64,000 bases of DNA from Candidatus Nanohaloarchaea archaeon (GCA_042218075.1 JBDGRK010000022.1:12897-76896); one strand, 5' to 3'. Positions 1 to 10,036 are shown, counted from the stretch's first letter. Program-made: numbers and translations. Notes: a model not told the origin generated them from the letters alone.

Positions 1-424
1 CCGACCCAGGCTCTGCCACAATCTTATCCGCCAGTTCCTCCTGGACTATAAGCGAGCTCTGAATCTGGGCCTCTCCCAGCCTCTGGAGTATATCACCTGA
101 TAGCTGGAAGGGTATGTTGGAGATGCACCTCTCGTATCCCTTCATTTCCAGGTCAAGAAAGTCCTGTTTCAGTACTTCAGCCTCAGGAAATTCTTTCTCA
201 AGATGGTTTGCCATAGTGGTATCTTTCTCCACTACCGTCAGATCCGCTGTTTTTTCTAGTATCTCCAAGGTTATCGATCCAGTACCCCCGCCTATCTCCA
301 GGACGTGTTTTCCGTCGGCCTCTCCAGACTCCACCAGGGCCTGAATCACCGCCTCCGACTCCAGGAAATGCTGTCCTTCAGTCGGTTTTATCCCCAATTC
401 ATCGAGTTTTTGCCGAATTTTCAT
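1..424 (-). CDS. ksgA: 16S rRNA adenine dimethyltransferase (KsgA/Dim1), 3' end outside window
   Basis: Manual translation MKIRQKLDELGIKPTEGQHFL...VLEIGGGTGSIT...VEKD...SNIPFQLS; GQHFL, SAM-binding and NIPF motifs; usual neighbour of DUF655/rpoF. Confidence 0.92.
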   Translation of the reverse strand, partial: MKIRQKLDELGIKPTEGQHFLESEAVIQALVESGEADGKHVLEIGGGTGSITLEILEKTADLTVVEKDTTMANHLEKEFPEAEVLKQDFLDLEMKGYERCISNIPFQLSGDILQRLGEAQIQSSLIVQEELADKIVAEPGS

Positions 425-507
425 ATTATCTTTTTGCCAGGTAAATGTTTTCAACCAGACCTGCCGTTACATTCTTAAGCGTTTGTAACGGTAACCTCGG
501 TGTGGCT

Positions 508-801
508 ATGGAAACTGTAACAGCCAGGATACCAGAGGAACAGAAAAAACTGCTGGATAAAATTGGGGACGAAGAAGGTCTAGCGCAGTCAGAGGTTTTG
601 AGAAAGATAATAAGCAAAGGCACTGATGACTGGCGTCGGGAGAGAGCTATAAAGATGCTCGAAGATGGTTCTATAACTCTCAGGAAGGCGGCCGATTTCG
701 CCGGAACATCCTACCTTGAAATGCTTGAACTGGCCTCGGATAAAGGTATTGAAACCGGTTACGACTTAGAAGAATTTGAGAAAGATATGGAATGGCTGTA
801 G
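508..801 (+). CDS. UPF0175-family antitoxin (RHH + HTH)
   Basis: METVTARIPEE...ITLRKAADFAG; overlaps downstream PIN gene. Confidence 0.8.
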   Translation: METVTARIPEEQKKLLDKIGDEEGLAQSEVLRKIISKGTDDWRRERAIKMLEDGSITLRKAADFAGTSYLEMLELASDKGIETGYDLEEFEKDMEWL

Positions 802-1280
802 TAGATTCCTCCGCAATAATACCTCTTGCCAGATCTGGAAACCTCTATCTCCTAGAGGAATTATTTGGAACCGTTTACACTGTTGAGAAAGTAAGAGATG
901 AAACAGTTCAGCAGGGAAAAAGAGGGTCTTCAACGATTAATGGAGCCTTCGGAGAATTGATAAGAGTGGAAGAACCGGATAGCGAAGAGGAGAAGATTCC
1001 GGAACTTGAAAATGTAGGCAAGGTTGATGCAAGAATAATTCTGCTGGCTGAGGAGAGAGAAGAAATTCTGTTGGCGAATGACAGGGCTCTGATAAAAGTG
1101 GCGAGAGCTAGAGGTGTAGAATCAATCTGGCCGACCACTGTAGTTATGAAGTCAGTAAAGAGAGGGGTGATTCAATCCGAAGAGGGAAAGTCTGCTATCC
1201 GACAGATGGTATCGGAAGGAATGAACCTTTCAACAGTTATTTACGATCGAGTCATCAGGAAAATAGAAAGCTATGATTAG
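792..1280 (+). CDS. PIN-domain toxin (DUF3368/VapC-like)
   Basis: VVDSSAII start, V.DE, D..I.LA, LLANDRAL; paired with UPF0175 gene. Confidence 0.82.
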   Translation: MAVVDSSAIIPLARSGNLYLLEELFGTVYTVEKVRDETVQQGKRGSSTINGAFGELIRVEEPDSEEEKIPELENVGKVDARIILLAEEREEILLANDRALIKVARARGVESIWPTTVVMKSVKRGVIQSEEGKSAIRQMVSEGMNLSTVIYDRVIRKIESYD

Positions 1281-1810
1281 GTGAAAAGTCTTCGTTTGGT
1301 TTCTCCCCTTAACTCGTTCATGATTCTCTCTCGGATGAGTTTCTCCGGGTCCGGAAGACTTGAGACTCTTTCTTTGATGTCCCCGTAGCTCTCAAACTCG
1401 CCTTCGTCCCTTGCATCGAGCAATTTCTGCATGTGCTTGTTTCCCACCCCGGGAAGAAGTTCGAATGCGTGTCTCCTGGGTGTTACCGGCGTGGCCTCGT
1501 TGAAGAACTCCACGAACCTGTCCTCCCGCTCCTTCACAAGCGCGTCCAGCACGTATTTGAGTTCGCTCTGCGCCGAGCCTGTAAGCTGGTCGAATTCCAG
1601 TTTGGTCTTGATGTACTTTACCTTCTCCCTATCTCCCTCTCCTATATAGAGTTCTTCTCCTCCCTTGGGATGCTCGTTCTCCCGCATAACTACCTCTAGA
1701 AGGTTGAAGTTCTCCGTTCCTATTCCCTGCGCAACGGGTTCATCTTTCTCTTCGGCTCTCCCGTGCTCAAGGAAGTCAAGCACTTTGATGTTATCGTCTT
1801 TATCTGACAT
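1277..1810 (-). CDS. DUF655 RNA-binding protein
   Basis: VLDFL..G, AQGIG..F.LLE, H.FELLPGVG.K; conserved position after rpoF. Confidence 0.92.
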   Translation of the reverse strand: MSDKDDNIKVLDFLEHGRAEEKDEPVAQGIGTENFNLLEVVMRENEHPKGGEELYIGEGDREKVKYIKTKLEFDQLTGSAQSELKYVLDALVKEREDRFVEFFNEATPVTPRRHAFELLPGVGNKHMQKLLDARDEGEFESYGDIKERVSSLPDPEKLIRERIMNELRGETKRRLFT

Positions 1811-1865
1811 ATTATCGACCAGAGCTATGATTAATCAGCGTTTGCAGAAGTTAAAAGTCTGTCGA

Positions 1866-2195
1866 TCAGGTTTCAATCGATCTGCAGATTTCGAGTATTT
1901 CCTCGATCTCGGAGTCTTCCAGCTTGACTCTTTCCTTTGAGAAGACTGCCATCACCGTCGATTCATGCTCAGGTACTACTTCCAGAAGTTTGTAGATGTG
2001 CTTCTCTTTCAGTGAATCGATCTCTGAAAACTCTTCCCTTAATTCTTCAAGAGTGTCAACATCTTCGATCTTGGTGTGCCGGGTGAGGTTTTCAAGAGCA
2101 ATCTTCTGCTCATGGCTTAGCTTTTCTTCATCCTTCTTTTCAAGTGCTTCCAGAGCTTCTACAGGGTAGACTTGCTCCTCATCTACTACTTCCAT
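1866..2195 (-). CDS. rpo4: RNA polymerase subunit F (Rpo4)
   Basis: LSHEQKIALE, HRDC-like C-terminus; between rpl21e and DUF655. Confidence 0.85.
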   Translation of the reverse strand: MEVVDEEQVYPVEALEALEKKDEEKLSHEQKIALENLTRHTKIEDVDTLEELREEFSEIDSLKEKHIYKLLEVVPEHESTVMAVFSKERVKLEDSEIEEILEICRSIET

Positions 2196-2485
2196 CACTG
2201 GTCCACCTTCATGAGATGAATCGGCTTTATGTAAAGCGTTTTATCCTTCCCCTTGTCATTTAACTCAACCTCGTAGGCATCTCCTCTCTCGCCCACGACT
2301 TGAACTGTCCTCCCATGGTATCTCATGTGGATTCTTCCCTCGGGAACAGAAGGATTGATCTTTATCTTAGCCTTTTCTCCTTCCTCGAATTGCTTGAAAT
2401 GGTCGTTCACCGTTGGTTTTTCCCGAGAATCCTTTGATAGAGTCTTTCTGGCTCCCTGCTGTGCACCGCTTGACTTCTGCGCCAT
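2195..2485 (-). CDS. rpl21e: 50S ribosomal protein L21e
   Basis: FEEGEKAKIKINPSV..GR.H.RYHGRT, K.LYIKPIHL. Confidence 0.93.
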   Translation of the reverse strand: MAQKSSGAQQGARKTLSKDSREKPTVNDHFKQFEEGEKAKIKINPSVPEGRIHMRYHGRTVQVVGERGDAYEVELNDKGKDKTLYIKPIHLMKVDQ

Positions 2486-2560
2486 TTTATCCAAACACCT
2501 TATAACCGGTTAAACGGTAGAAATCTTTTTAACTCCACAGAGACTTGCCGAGATTATTAG

Positions 2561-3106
2561 TTGTGTCTATATGTTAACAACAAATTCTACTTCAGACTCC
2601 ATCCAACAGGAGTTGAAGGATTGGAGGTTAAAGAGAGTTCGTATAAATTAGGTTCTGAGGTGCCAGAAAATCCAGGAGAAGGAGTTTCAGATTATGAGAG
2701 ATCACACGATCTAAATAGTGTGCATCCGGTCTGGGAAGCGGATTCACAGGATAGAGAAAACCCGATCAGCTACCTGCTGGACAGGCAGGAGCCTGAAAAG
2801 CCAGTTATACTTGGAGAATACCTACTTGAAGGAGAACTGGGAAGATTTGATTCGAACGTGGTGGCAGGAATACAATTGCTGGCTGAATAAACTGTAGAAG
2901 AAGTGCAAAAATATGTGAGGGTTGAAACATTTAATACAAATCTACAGGATAACGACAATTTCGAAGAAGTAAGGGATTTTGAGGCGGTTATAGAAGATAA
3001 TTTGGATGATACGGAATGCGATGTATGGAGAAACTCACAGACTGAGGGAGAATACATAGAGTTTTTCCCGAATCAAGAGAATACAGAAGCCGCAACAGGA
3101 GATTGA
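2561..3106 (+). pseudogene. Acidic hypothetical gene interrupted by in-frame TAA (2888-2890), or two small ORFs
   Basis: ORFs 2561-2890 and 2903-3106 are in the same frame and read through as ...QLLAE*TVEEVQKYVRVE... Confidence 0.45.
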
Positions 3107-4336
3107 TTACTTCTCTATCTCAATAACATCCAGCTCTACGCATTCCGCCTCACATCCCAGGATTCCGGCGACGCTCGGCTGCGTCCTTCCTTCATCGCCG
3201 TGGATAAGCTCCTTTATGTAGGTCCCAGCCTCCGCTTTCACTTCAAGCTCGATTATATCGCTATCCAGCTTTTCAGCCTCTACCGAATAAACTTGCCTCT
3301 CCCTTGTCTTGTCGGCTCTCCTGTGCTTTACCCTGTCTGGCGTGTCCTGCTCCACTTCTCCAACAATCTGATTCAGCTCCTCCAGTTCATCCTCATCCAC
3401 ATCTGCTGACAGCTCTATCTCCGCCCTATAAGTCTTGTCAGCGTGCTTCTGTTTGATCTCCTCCACCTCGTCCTTATCAGCGAACCTCAGGTTGAAGATC
3501 TCAACTTTATCACCTTCGTTCACCTCTTCCTGAAGCGAATCAAGATCAAGCTCGCGGTTCAGCGGCTCCTTTAATTCGAGTATAAACTCCCTCTTGCCTA
3601 GACATTTAGCATTCACATCCTCTCTGCCTCCGCCGTGGAACTTGGCCTCTATAGCCTTCGATTCACGCTTGAAAGGCTCCTGTATCTCCTCCTGTACAGA
3701 GGTCTGGTACTGCTTGCCTGTCCAGTCGCACTCGTCGCACCCGTCTCCTCTGCAGTTCCTGCAATGCCATTCCGTCTGCGGTATCTGCCTCGAATACTTG
3801 TTGTACTGGCCGTAGATCAACAGGGAATTCACCTGTAGCTCAACTCTATCCTTGGACTCTTCCATCTCAATTACTGCGTTAATGTCCGGCCTCTTGAAGT
3901 CAACCTCCAGATCAAGCTCTTGCTCTATCCTCTTTCCAATCAGCCGGGAAAGCTCAGTCTTTACCGGCTCAACCCATTCAAGACCGTAATCCTCCCAGAG
4001 TTCTTCCTCTGCTTCAATCACACTGTTTGGCGGCCTTATTCCAATCAGGAAAGTATCAAGCTCATAGCGCTCGAAAGAATTATCCACTAGCTCAATCCAG
4101 TGATCCATCTTGTCAAAAACGTTCTGGCATACCCAGCAGCTTCCTCCAGGTTCAGCATCTTCCGGAATGTTCTCTCTTACAAAAGAATCCTCCTCGAGTT
4201 CATCAATTTCCCTGCAGATAGCGCCTCTCTCGTAATTTTCGAGCCCATGACCCAGCTTGGCGAACTGCCTCCCGAGGCAGTGTTCACACAGATTCTCTTC
4301 CAGCAGCGCGTCTCTTTTCTCCTCTACGGAAAGCAT
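3107..4336 (-). CDS. pus10: tRNA pseudouridine(54/55) synthase Pus10
   Basis: LCEHCLGRQF, YNKYSR.IPQT.W.C, FHGGGRED, AGTYIKELIHGDEGRT.PS. Confidence 0.95.
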   Translation of the reverse strand: MLSVEEKRDALLEENLCEHCLGRQFAKLGHGLENYERGAICREIDELEEDSFVRENIPEDAEPGGSCWVCQNVFDKMDHWIELVDNSFERYELDTFLIGIRPPNSVIEAEEELWEDYGLEWVEPVKTELSRLIGKRIEQELDLEVDFKRPDINAVIEMEESKDRVELQVNSLLIYGQYNKYSRQIPQTEWHCRNCRGDGCDECDWTGKQYQTSVQEEIQEPFKRESKAIEAKFHGGGREDVNAKCLGKREFILELKEPLNRELDLDSLQEEVNEGDKVEIFNLRFADKDEVEEIKQKHADKTYRAEIELSADVDEDELEELNQIVGEVEQDTPDRVKHRRADKTRERQVYSVEAEKLDSDIIELEVKAEAGTYIKELIHGDEGRTQPSVAGILGCEAECVELDVIEIEK

Positions 4337-4388
4337 ATCAGAATGATCGGATGGAAGCTTTAAAGAGATGATCTGGGAAGAGGAATTT

Positions 4389-5693
4389 ATGAAAAACGTA
4401 GTGTTCATAGTGACCGATGCGATGAGGAGAGACAGGGTAGGAGCCTACAATAATGAAGTAGACTTCACCGGCTCGATCGATAAATTCGCGGAAGAGGCCA
4501 CGATCTTCGAGGATGCTGTCTCAAATTCTTCCTGGACCCTGCCCTCTCACGCATCCTTCTTCACCGGAATTTATCCGTGGGAGCATTACGCTACGCAGAG
4601 AAACCTGGAACTCAAAGTCGAGAAAGATACACTGGCTGAAAGATTCTCTGAAGAGGGATACAAAACCTACTGCTACTCTATAAACGGTTTTCTGAGGCCG
4701 CATTCAGGTCTTCTGAAAGGTTTCGATCGGTGGGGGAGCTTCAAGATCAGCGACAGGTTCTCCACTCTAGTGAAACTGAAGGCAAAAGCGGAAAAGTGGC
4801 TGGCGAGCGACGATAGCTGGCTGAAGAAGAAGCTGATGAGCATCGGGGACTACTTCTACCATTATAAGCAGGGAGAGATGCGGGAGACTGAGAAGATAAT
4901 GGAAGAGGCGAGGAGAACTGTTACAGGATCGGACAACTTCTTCCTCTTCATGAACCTGATGGATCCTCACGTCCCTTACTTTCCGCCTGAAGAGTACAGG
5001 AAAAAGCACTCAGGGCCTGAGCCTTCTCAAATATGCCAGGACAATTCAGAGTACTATTCGGGAAAGAAAGAAGCCGATTTCAATGAGATATCAAGAATAT
5101 ATAACGCCTCAATCGACTACATGGACGACCAGATTGGAGAATTCTTTGATTTCCTGAAGAAGCAGGACATCTGGGATGATACCGTTATAGTACTTGTATC
5201 AGACCATGGCCAGCTACTCGGTGAGGAAGGCCACTACGGCCACCAGTACAGCGTCCACGAGAAGCTAGTGCAGGTCCCTCTGATAGTTAAGGGCGCAGGC
5301 AGAGACGTTTTGGAAGAACAGGTGGAGCTGAGAGAGCTCTACGATTTGATACAGGGATGGGCCGGTTTGGCAGAGAAGGAAACGCCCGGTACAGAGATCG
5401 CGAAGGGAGGATACGAATTTCCCGACATGATGAGGCAGAGAATACCTGAAGACAGGATAGAAGAGCTTTACCGGAGGCACACATTCGCAAGAAAGAGCGA
5501 CCACAAAGTCGTGAGATCGGAGACCGAGAAAGGAGAAGTTGAGCGGAGGGAGATCAAGCTGGAAGAAGGAGACAAAGACTTCAGCGATCTGAGGGATGAG
5601 GTCCCCGAATTCGAAACTCAGGGAAATGGCGAAAAGCTGCACGATAAAGATGAAGAAGTCAAGAAGAAGCTGAGAGACCTGGGTTACGGCTAG
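4389..5693 (+). CDS. Sulfatase-like hydrolase (alkaline phosphatase superfamily)
   Basis: NVVFIVTDAMRRD, WTLPSHASFFTG, NLMDPH.PY, SDHG, C-terminal LRDLGY. Confidence 0.88.
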   Translation: MKNVVFIVTDAMRRDRVGAYNNEVDFTGSIDKFAEEATIFEDAVSNSSWTLPSHASFFTGIYPWEHYATQRNLELKVEKDTLAERFSEEGYKTYCYSINGFLRPHSGLLKGFDRWGSFKISDRFSTLVKLKAKAEKWLASDDSWLKKKLMSIGDYFYHYKQGEMRETEKIMEEARRTVTGSDNFFLFMNLMDPHVPYFPPEEYRKKHSGPEPSQICQDNSEYYSGKKEADFNEISRIYNASIDYMDDQIGEFFDFLKKQDIWDDTVIVLVSDHGQLLGEEGHYGHQYSVHEKLVQVPLIVKGAGRDVLEEQVELRELYDLIQGWAGLAEKETPGTEIAKGGYEFPDMMRQRIPEDRIEELYRRHTFARKSDHKVVRSETEKGEVERREIKLEEGDKDFSDLRDEVPEFETQGNGEKLHDKDEEVKKKLRDLGYG

Positions 5694-6226
5694 AGCTCGA
5701 ATTCCTCCTCGCTTACAGCTTTCAAATCACCGGATAATTCAAGTAACCGTGCCCTGATCGTTCTCTCCCGGACTTCGGCTTCCATCATAGTCGGATCTGA
5801 CTTGGTTGCCGAACCTCCACCAACTCCTGTGCAGCTTCCAGGATTCAGCAGAATCGTATCTCCACTCCTGAAAATCTCCTCCCGGTGGGTATGGCCGTGG
5901 AGAAGAACATCAACCTCCATCTTGTTTCTGGCGATTTCCAGCAGGGTGTCATGATCGCCTCTCGGATGGATTCCGGTCCCGTGATATACACCGAACTCTA
6001 ATCCATCGATTTGGAACTTCTCTGATGTGGATAGATCAAACCTCTCACAGTTTCCTTTTACCGCTACAAAGTCATCGAAGCTTTCTTCCAGCTCATAGTA
6101 AATCTCTTTCGAAACTATATCTCCGCAATGTACAGCTTTATCCGCCTTGTCCGCTCTCTCAAGCAATCTCTGCGGTATCTCGGGAGCTCTATTCGGCACA
6201 TGGGAATCGGAAAGGATCGCAATCAT
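5690..6226 (-). CDS. Metallophosphoesterase YfcE/Vps29 family
   Basis: SDSH, HCGD, KGNC, HGHTH, LNPGS motifs. Confidence 0.9.
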   Translation of the reverse strand: MIAILSDSHVPNRAPEIPQRLLERADKADKAVHCGDIVSKEIYYELEESFDDFVAVKGNCERFDLSTSEKFQIDGLEFGVYHGTGIHPRGDHDTLLEIARNKMEVDVLLHGHTHREEIFRSGDTILLNPGSCTGVGGGSATKSDPTMMEAEVRERTIRARLLELSGDLKAVSEEEFEL

Positions 6227-6338
6227 GTACTCTAGATTGGGAAGTAGATCTTTTTATCCTGTCTGAATTTATTTAAAGCAGGACTTGGAATTCTCAGGTG
6301 CGGGGGTAAGAGGGGAGTCCGGACCGGAATCTCCAGAA

Positions 6339-6644
6339 ATGAAACTTCACGAGAAAATCTACAGGAAATCGTTGATAGCGCTTCTAGGGTTTACAAGACT
6401 CCTCTCGAAGGCTGATTTCAGTGTTCCCAGCAAGTGGCTTGCTGTTTTTGAGAATATAAGGATTTCCTCGGATATTCTCTACGTTAAGCTGAGTTCTATA
6501 GATGAGGAAGCGGAGGAAAAAATCCTGAGAAAGGAAGATATAATTGCGAAGAAGCTTGGCCAGGACAAGTTCTACAGCCTGGAAGAGCTTGAACATATCA
6601 AGGACAACCGGGAGGACGTGGAGATTCAGATCCCCAAGTTCTGA
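6339..6644 (+). CDS. Hypothetical protein
   Basis: Fills gap between convergent genes; acidic composition; start uncertain. Confidence 0.45.
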   Translation: MKLHEKIYRKSLIALLGFTRLLSKADFSVPSKWLAVFENIRISSDILYVKLSSIDEEAEEKILRKEDIIAKKLGQDKFYSLEELEHIKDNREDVEIQIPKF

Positions 6645-7933
6645 AGCATATCCTGCATGTTGCCTCTCTTCATCGAACCCTTGTCAAACTTGTCCATCAT
6701 GTTCTTGGTCTGCCTGTAGTGCTTGATGAGCTCTCTGACCTCGCTCCTTGATGTACCAGAACCTCTAGCTATCCTTTCAGCCCTTGACCTGTCGACGATT
6801 GAAGGATCTTTTTTCTCCTCCAGATTCATAGAATCGATTATCAGAGAGTATTTCTCTATCTTTCCCTCGGTAAGGTCACGGATATTGTCAGGTACCTGGC
6901 CGCCGAAAGGCATCTGCTGCACGACCTCCTCCATCATGCCTGCATCGGTTACACTTTCCATCTGCTGCCTGAAATCCTCCAGCGTGAATTCTCCCTCTAG
7001 AAGTTCCTCCGGGTCCGTATCCATCTGCTCAACCTTCTCAAGAAGGGACTCCAGATCAGGCTGACCTAATATGTCCGAGACAAACTCAACCGGATCATAC
7101 AGCTCAAGATCCTCCATCTTCTCTCCTGTACCTATAAACCTGACATTCGATCCAGAGTGCTCGCAGGCAACCAGGGCTCCTCCACCCTTCGCTGATGAAT
7201 CCATCTTGGTAACTATGACCCCGGTTATCCCGACCGCCTCTTCAAAGTTCTCAGCTTGATCACCCGCTGACTGGCCTATATCCGCCGGCATAACCAGGTA
7301 CTTTTCATCGGGCTCCATCACTTTCTCAATATCCTCCAGCTCCTCTCTTAGCTTATCATCCAGTGAGTCCCGACCAGCGGAGTCCACAATCGTGATATCC
7401 GTTTCAAGCCTTTCAATCCCATTTTCCACCACTCTGACCGGATCCTCCGCGTCTTTCTCGCCGTAGAACTCGGCCTCTACCTTCTCCGCAACCTGTTCCA
7501 GTTGATCGTAGGCCGCGGGACGGTCAGTATCGGCGCAGATCACCCCGACCTTCATCCCTCTCTTCCGGTAGTAGTCCGCGAGTTTGCCTGTAGTAGTTGT
7601 CTTGCCGGAACCGAAAAGACCAAGCAGAAGAATGCTCTTGGACTCTACCTCTACCTCTGCCTCCTCTCCAAGTAATCCCTCAAGCTTTGAGTATACTATC
7701 TCAAGCACATGTTCCTTCCTGGAGAGTCCGGAAGGGAGTTCATCATTCAGAGCCTCTTTCCTTATATCATCCGACAGATCCGATACAAGCGAGACATCCA
7801 CGTCAGCCTTTATCAGGTCTCTCTGTATATCCCTCACTAGCTGTTCGACAGCCTCTTCATCGGCCACTCCACGGGACGAGAATTTCTGGACGGACTCCTT
7901 TATTTTGTCAAACATGTGATCCAATACGGCCAC
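6626..7933 (-). CDS. srp54: Signal recognition particle protein SRP54
   Basis: GLFGSGKTTT, DTDRPAA, DSAGR, TKMDSSAKGGGAL, Met-rich M domain RIARGSG. Confidence 0.96.
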   Translation of the reverse strand: MAVLDHMFDKIKESVQKFSSRGVADEEAVEQLVRDIQRDLIKADVDVSLVSDLSDDIRKEALNDELPSGLSRKEHVLEIVYSKLEGLLGEEAEVEVESKSILLLGLFGSGKTTTTGKLADYYRKRGMKVGVICADTDRPAAYDQLEQVAEKVEAEFYGEKDAEDPVRVVENGIERLETDITIVDSAGRDSLDDKLREELEDIEKVMEPDEKYLVMPADIGQSAGDQAENFEEAVGITGVIVTKMDSSAKGGGALVACEHSGSNVRFIGTGEKMEDLELYDPVEFVSDILGQPDLESLLEKVEQMDTDPEELLEGEFTLEDFRQQMESVTDAGMMEEVVQQMPFGGQVPDNIRDLTEGKIEKYSLIIDSMNLEEKKDPSIVDRSRAERIARGSGTSRSEVRELIKHYRQTKNMMDKFDKGSMKRGNMQDMLQNLGI

Positions 7934-7952
7934 AAGGTTTAATGGGTTTGTC

Positions 7953-8291
7953 TCACCCTCCTATGTTCCAGTAATTGAATATAAACATGGATACCGCGGA
8001 ACCAAGAAAGGCTACACCTATGGATTTCATCGTTGCCGCGAACGCGGTGTCACCCTGGAAACTCATGTAGATGAAAGAAAGCATGAAAGAGATAAGAAAC
8101 CCCATGAAAGGGTTTTTTAGCGCCCCAAGAGATTTCCACAGCCCTATGCCAGACATCAGACTACCCAGAATAACTCCCGAGAAAACAGTGACTATCACCC
8201 CTGAAACAAGACCCGATTCCATATAAGATAGATAACCTATTAAGCCCGAGAGAGATGCCAGAAATATAATTTTGAACCATGCCTGATCCAT
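7953..8291 (-). CDS. Small multi-pass membrane protein
   Basis: About four hydrophobic segments. Confidence 0.6.
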   Translation of the reverse strand: MDQAWFKIIFLASLSGLIGYLSYMESGLVSGVIVTVFSGVILGSLMSGIGLWKSLGALKNPFMGFLISFMLSFIYMSFQGDTAFAATMKSIGVAFLGSAVSMFIFNYWNIGG

Positions 8292-8343
8292 GGGAGAGGT
8301 TTCAGCTTCGAAAATATAAGAGTTTGACCAGCAGCCTAGAACT

Positions 8344-9135
8344 ATGGAATTCTCCCTCAGAAATATTGAAGGAACCAATATGCATTACGGAGAGGAAGGG
8401 AAAGACTCCGAGCTGCAGCTTGTTTTCTGCCCCGGAGGATTCAACCCTGAAATCTGGAGACACCAGCTCAAATACTTTTCAAAGAAGTGTAAGACTGTAG
8501 GCTTTGGAACCACGAGAAGCGAGAACAGCTACAGCGGAGAGAAAGAGGCTTTGAGATCGATTCTGGACCAGGAACACATCGATAATGCGGTACTGGTCTC
8601 CAACCTCCTGGGAAATCCGCTGATCCAGTCCTTCGAGGACAGGCAAGATGTAAAAACCACTGTTCTATCAGGACCCCTTAGCCGGGGATTGAAACTGGAG
8701 AAAAGCTTCTACAATCTCACGTGGCGGATCGCGAAAAGAAAGCCGAAAATAATGAAGAAGATATTCTTCTCACCGGAATGCGATTACAGCTCGCTGAAAA
8801 GCTTTGCCGAAAAAGTCGATCCTCCTTCCCACGAAAGCTTCCTGGAATACGCAGAAAAAGATGTAAGGAGGCCTGTCAAAATCTCACTGGTCATACATGC
8901 TGAAGACGACAGATTCTCAAGCATGGAGAACGCCCGTAACCTGAATTCGAGACTCAGCGTGATAAGAAGGGCGGGAAGCTTCTGCTTCTACGAGAAGCCT
9001 CAGGAGTTTAACAAGGCGCTGAGCGACTACCTGGAGATAGTCAGGCAGGAAATAAGGAAGCAGGAAATCTTCAAGTCCTCGGAGAAAAACCGTTCACTGG
9101 AAGAGTTCGGCAGGGAGGTGAAAACGGGCAAATGA
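8344..9135 (+). CDS. Alpha/beta-hydrolase-fold protein, catalytic residues apparently lost
   Basis: LVFCPGG..W..Q...F, LVIHAEDD, EKPQEFN; nucleophile elbow reads VSNLLG rather than GxSxG. Confidence 0.65.
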   Translation: MEFSLRNIEGTNMHYGEEGKDSELQLVFCPGGFNPEIWRHQLKYFSKKCKTVGFGTTRSENSYSGEKEALRSILDQEHIDNAVLVSNLLGNPLIQSFEDRQDVKTTVLSGPLSRGLKLEKSFYNLTWRIAKRKPKIMKKIFFSPECDYSSLKSFAEKVDPPSHESFLEYAEKDVRRPVKISLVIHAEDDRFSSMENARNLNSRLSVIRRAGSFCFYEKPQEFNKALSDYLEIVRQEIRKQEIFKSSEKNRSLEEFGREVKTGK

Positions 9136-9653
9136 TCGCGGGACTGATGCTTTCGGATTCAGAGAAGGAAGATTCACAGCTCGCCCTCCTCGGAGATGAA
9201 ACAGATTCTCTGTCCCTGAAAGATACAGGTAGGATAGTAGATGAAATCTCAGGGAGAGAGGTAGAGGTTCTGGCAGTTAACTGCGGCACCGAGCTGAATG
9301 CCGGTGAGCTGACGGAGGATGAGGAAGAATTGAAGGAAGCTGGTTACGCCTTCACCCCTTCACACACTGAAAAGAAAAAAGTTGAGAGGCTCCGCGCGAT
9401 AGAGAGGTCTCTCAAGCATCTCATGGATAAGCCAACTGAACTTATCAGGTTTGATCCCGCCATAACATCGGAAAAACTGGCGCTGGATTCGGATGATTCC
9501 CTGGAATCACTTGGAGTTGACGCATCTGATATTTCGAGCTCAAAACAGTTCGATGCCGTGCTTGGAGCTATAACAGCAAGATTCTACTCACAGAACCACT
9601 ACAGCGATGAAGGACTCATAGTGCCGGAGAAGCTGGAAAATGGAAAAACTTAA
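9132..9653 (+). CDS. Hypothetical protein, possibly degenerate DUF429/RNase H-like fold
   Basis: MIAGL.LS start, VLAVN, FDAVLGAITA resembling DUF429 DAxxxAxxA; coupled to upstream gene. Confidence 0.45.
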   Translation: MIAGLMLSDSEKEDSQLALLGDETDSLSLKDTGRIVDEISGREVEVLAVNCGTELNAGELTEDEEELKEAGYAFTPSHTEKKKVERLRAIERSLKHLMDKPTELIRFDPAITSEKLALDSDDSLESLGVDASDISSSKQFDAVLGAITARFYSQNHYSDEGLIVPEKLENGKT

Positions 9654-9694
9654 AAGAGTTTTACGATCAACAGGTAAATACAGGTAGATAGGAC

Positions 9695-10036
9695 ATGGGA
9701 ATGGAAAAGTTTTACAGCGCGGTAAGGAAGAAGTTCGGCCTGGAGAAGGCCCAGCTCAAAGATGAATTAAAAGAAGAAGTCACCGATGAATTAAGGAGAG
9801 AGTTCGCGGAGGAGATATCCTACATAGAGGCACAGATGAAGGAATACGAACAGTTCGTTGCTGAGGTAAACCACCTGATGTCGAAGATGAGGAAGGACAG
9901 GATAAGATCCTCTGAAACAAGCAGAGACATCAAGATGGACGATTTCGATGACGACCTTGAACCGCTGAAGGCAAAGCTCCAGAAGCTTGAGGAATCCATG
10001 CAGAAAAGGCTGGACGAGCAGAAGGCCTACAGCTGA
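9695..10036 (+). CDS. Coiled-coil hypothetical protein
   Basis: Charged helical 113-aa ORF with host-like codon usage. Confidence 0.65.
   Translation: MGMEKFYSAVRKKFGLEKAQLKDELKEEVTDELRREFAEEISYIEAQMKEYEQFVAEVNHLMSKMRKDRIRSSETSRDIKMDDFDDDLEPLKAKLQKLEESMQKRLDEQKAYS

Noticed and set aside
4389-5693. Sulfatase lacking the CxPxR formylglycine motif as a novelty
   Set aside because: The WTLPSH variant is common in haloarchaeal sulfatase-like proteins
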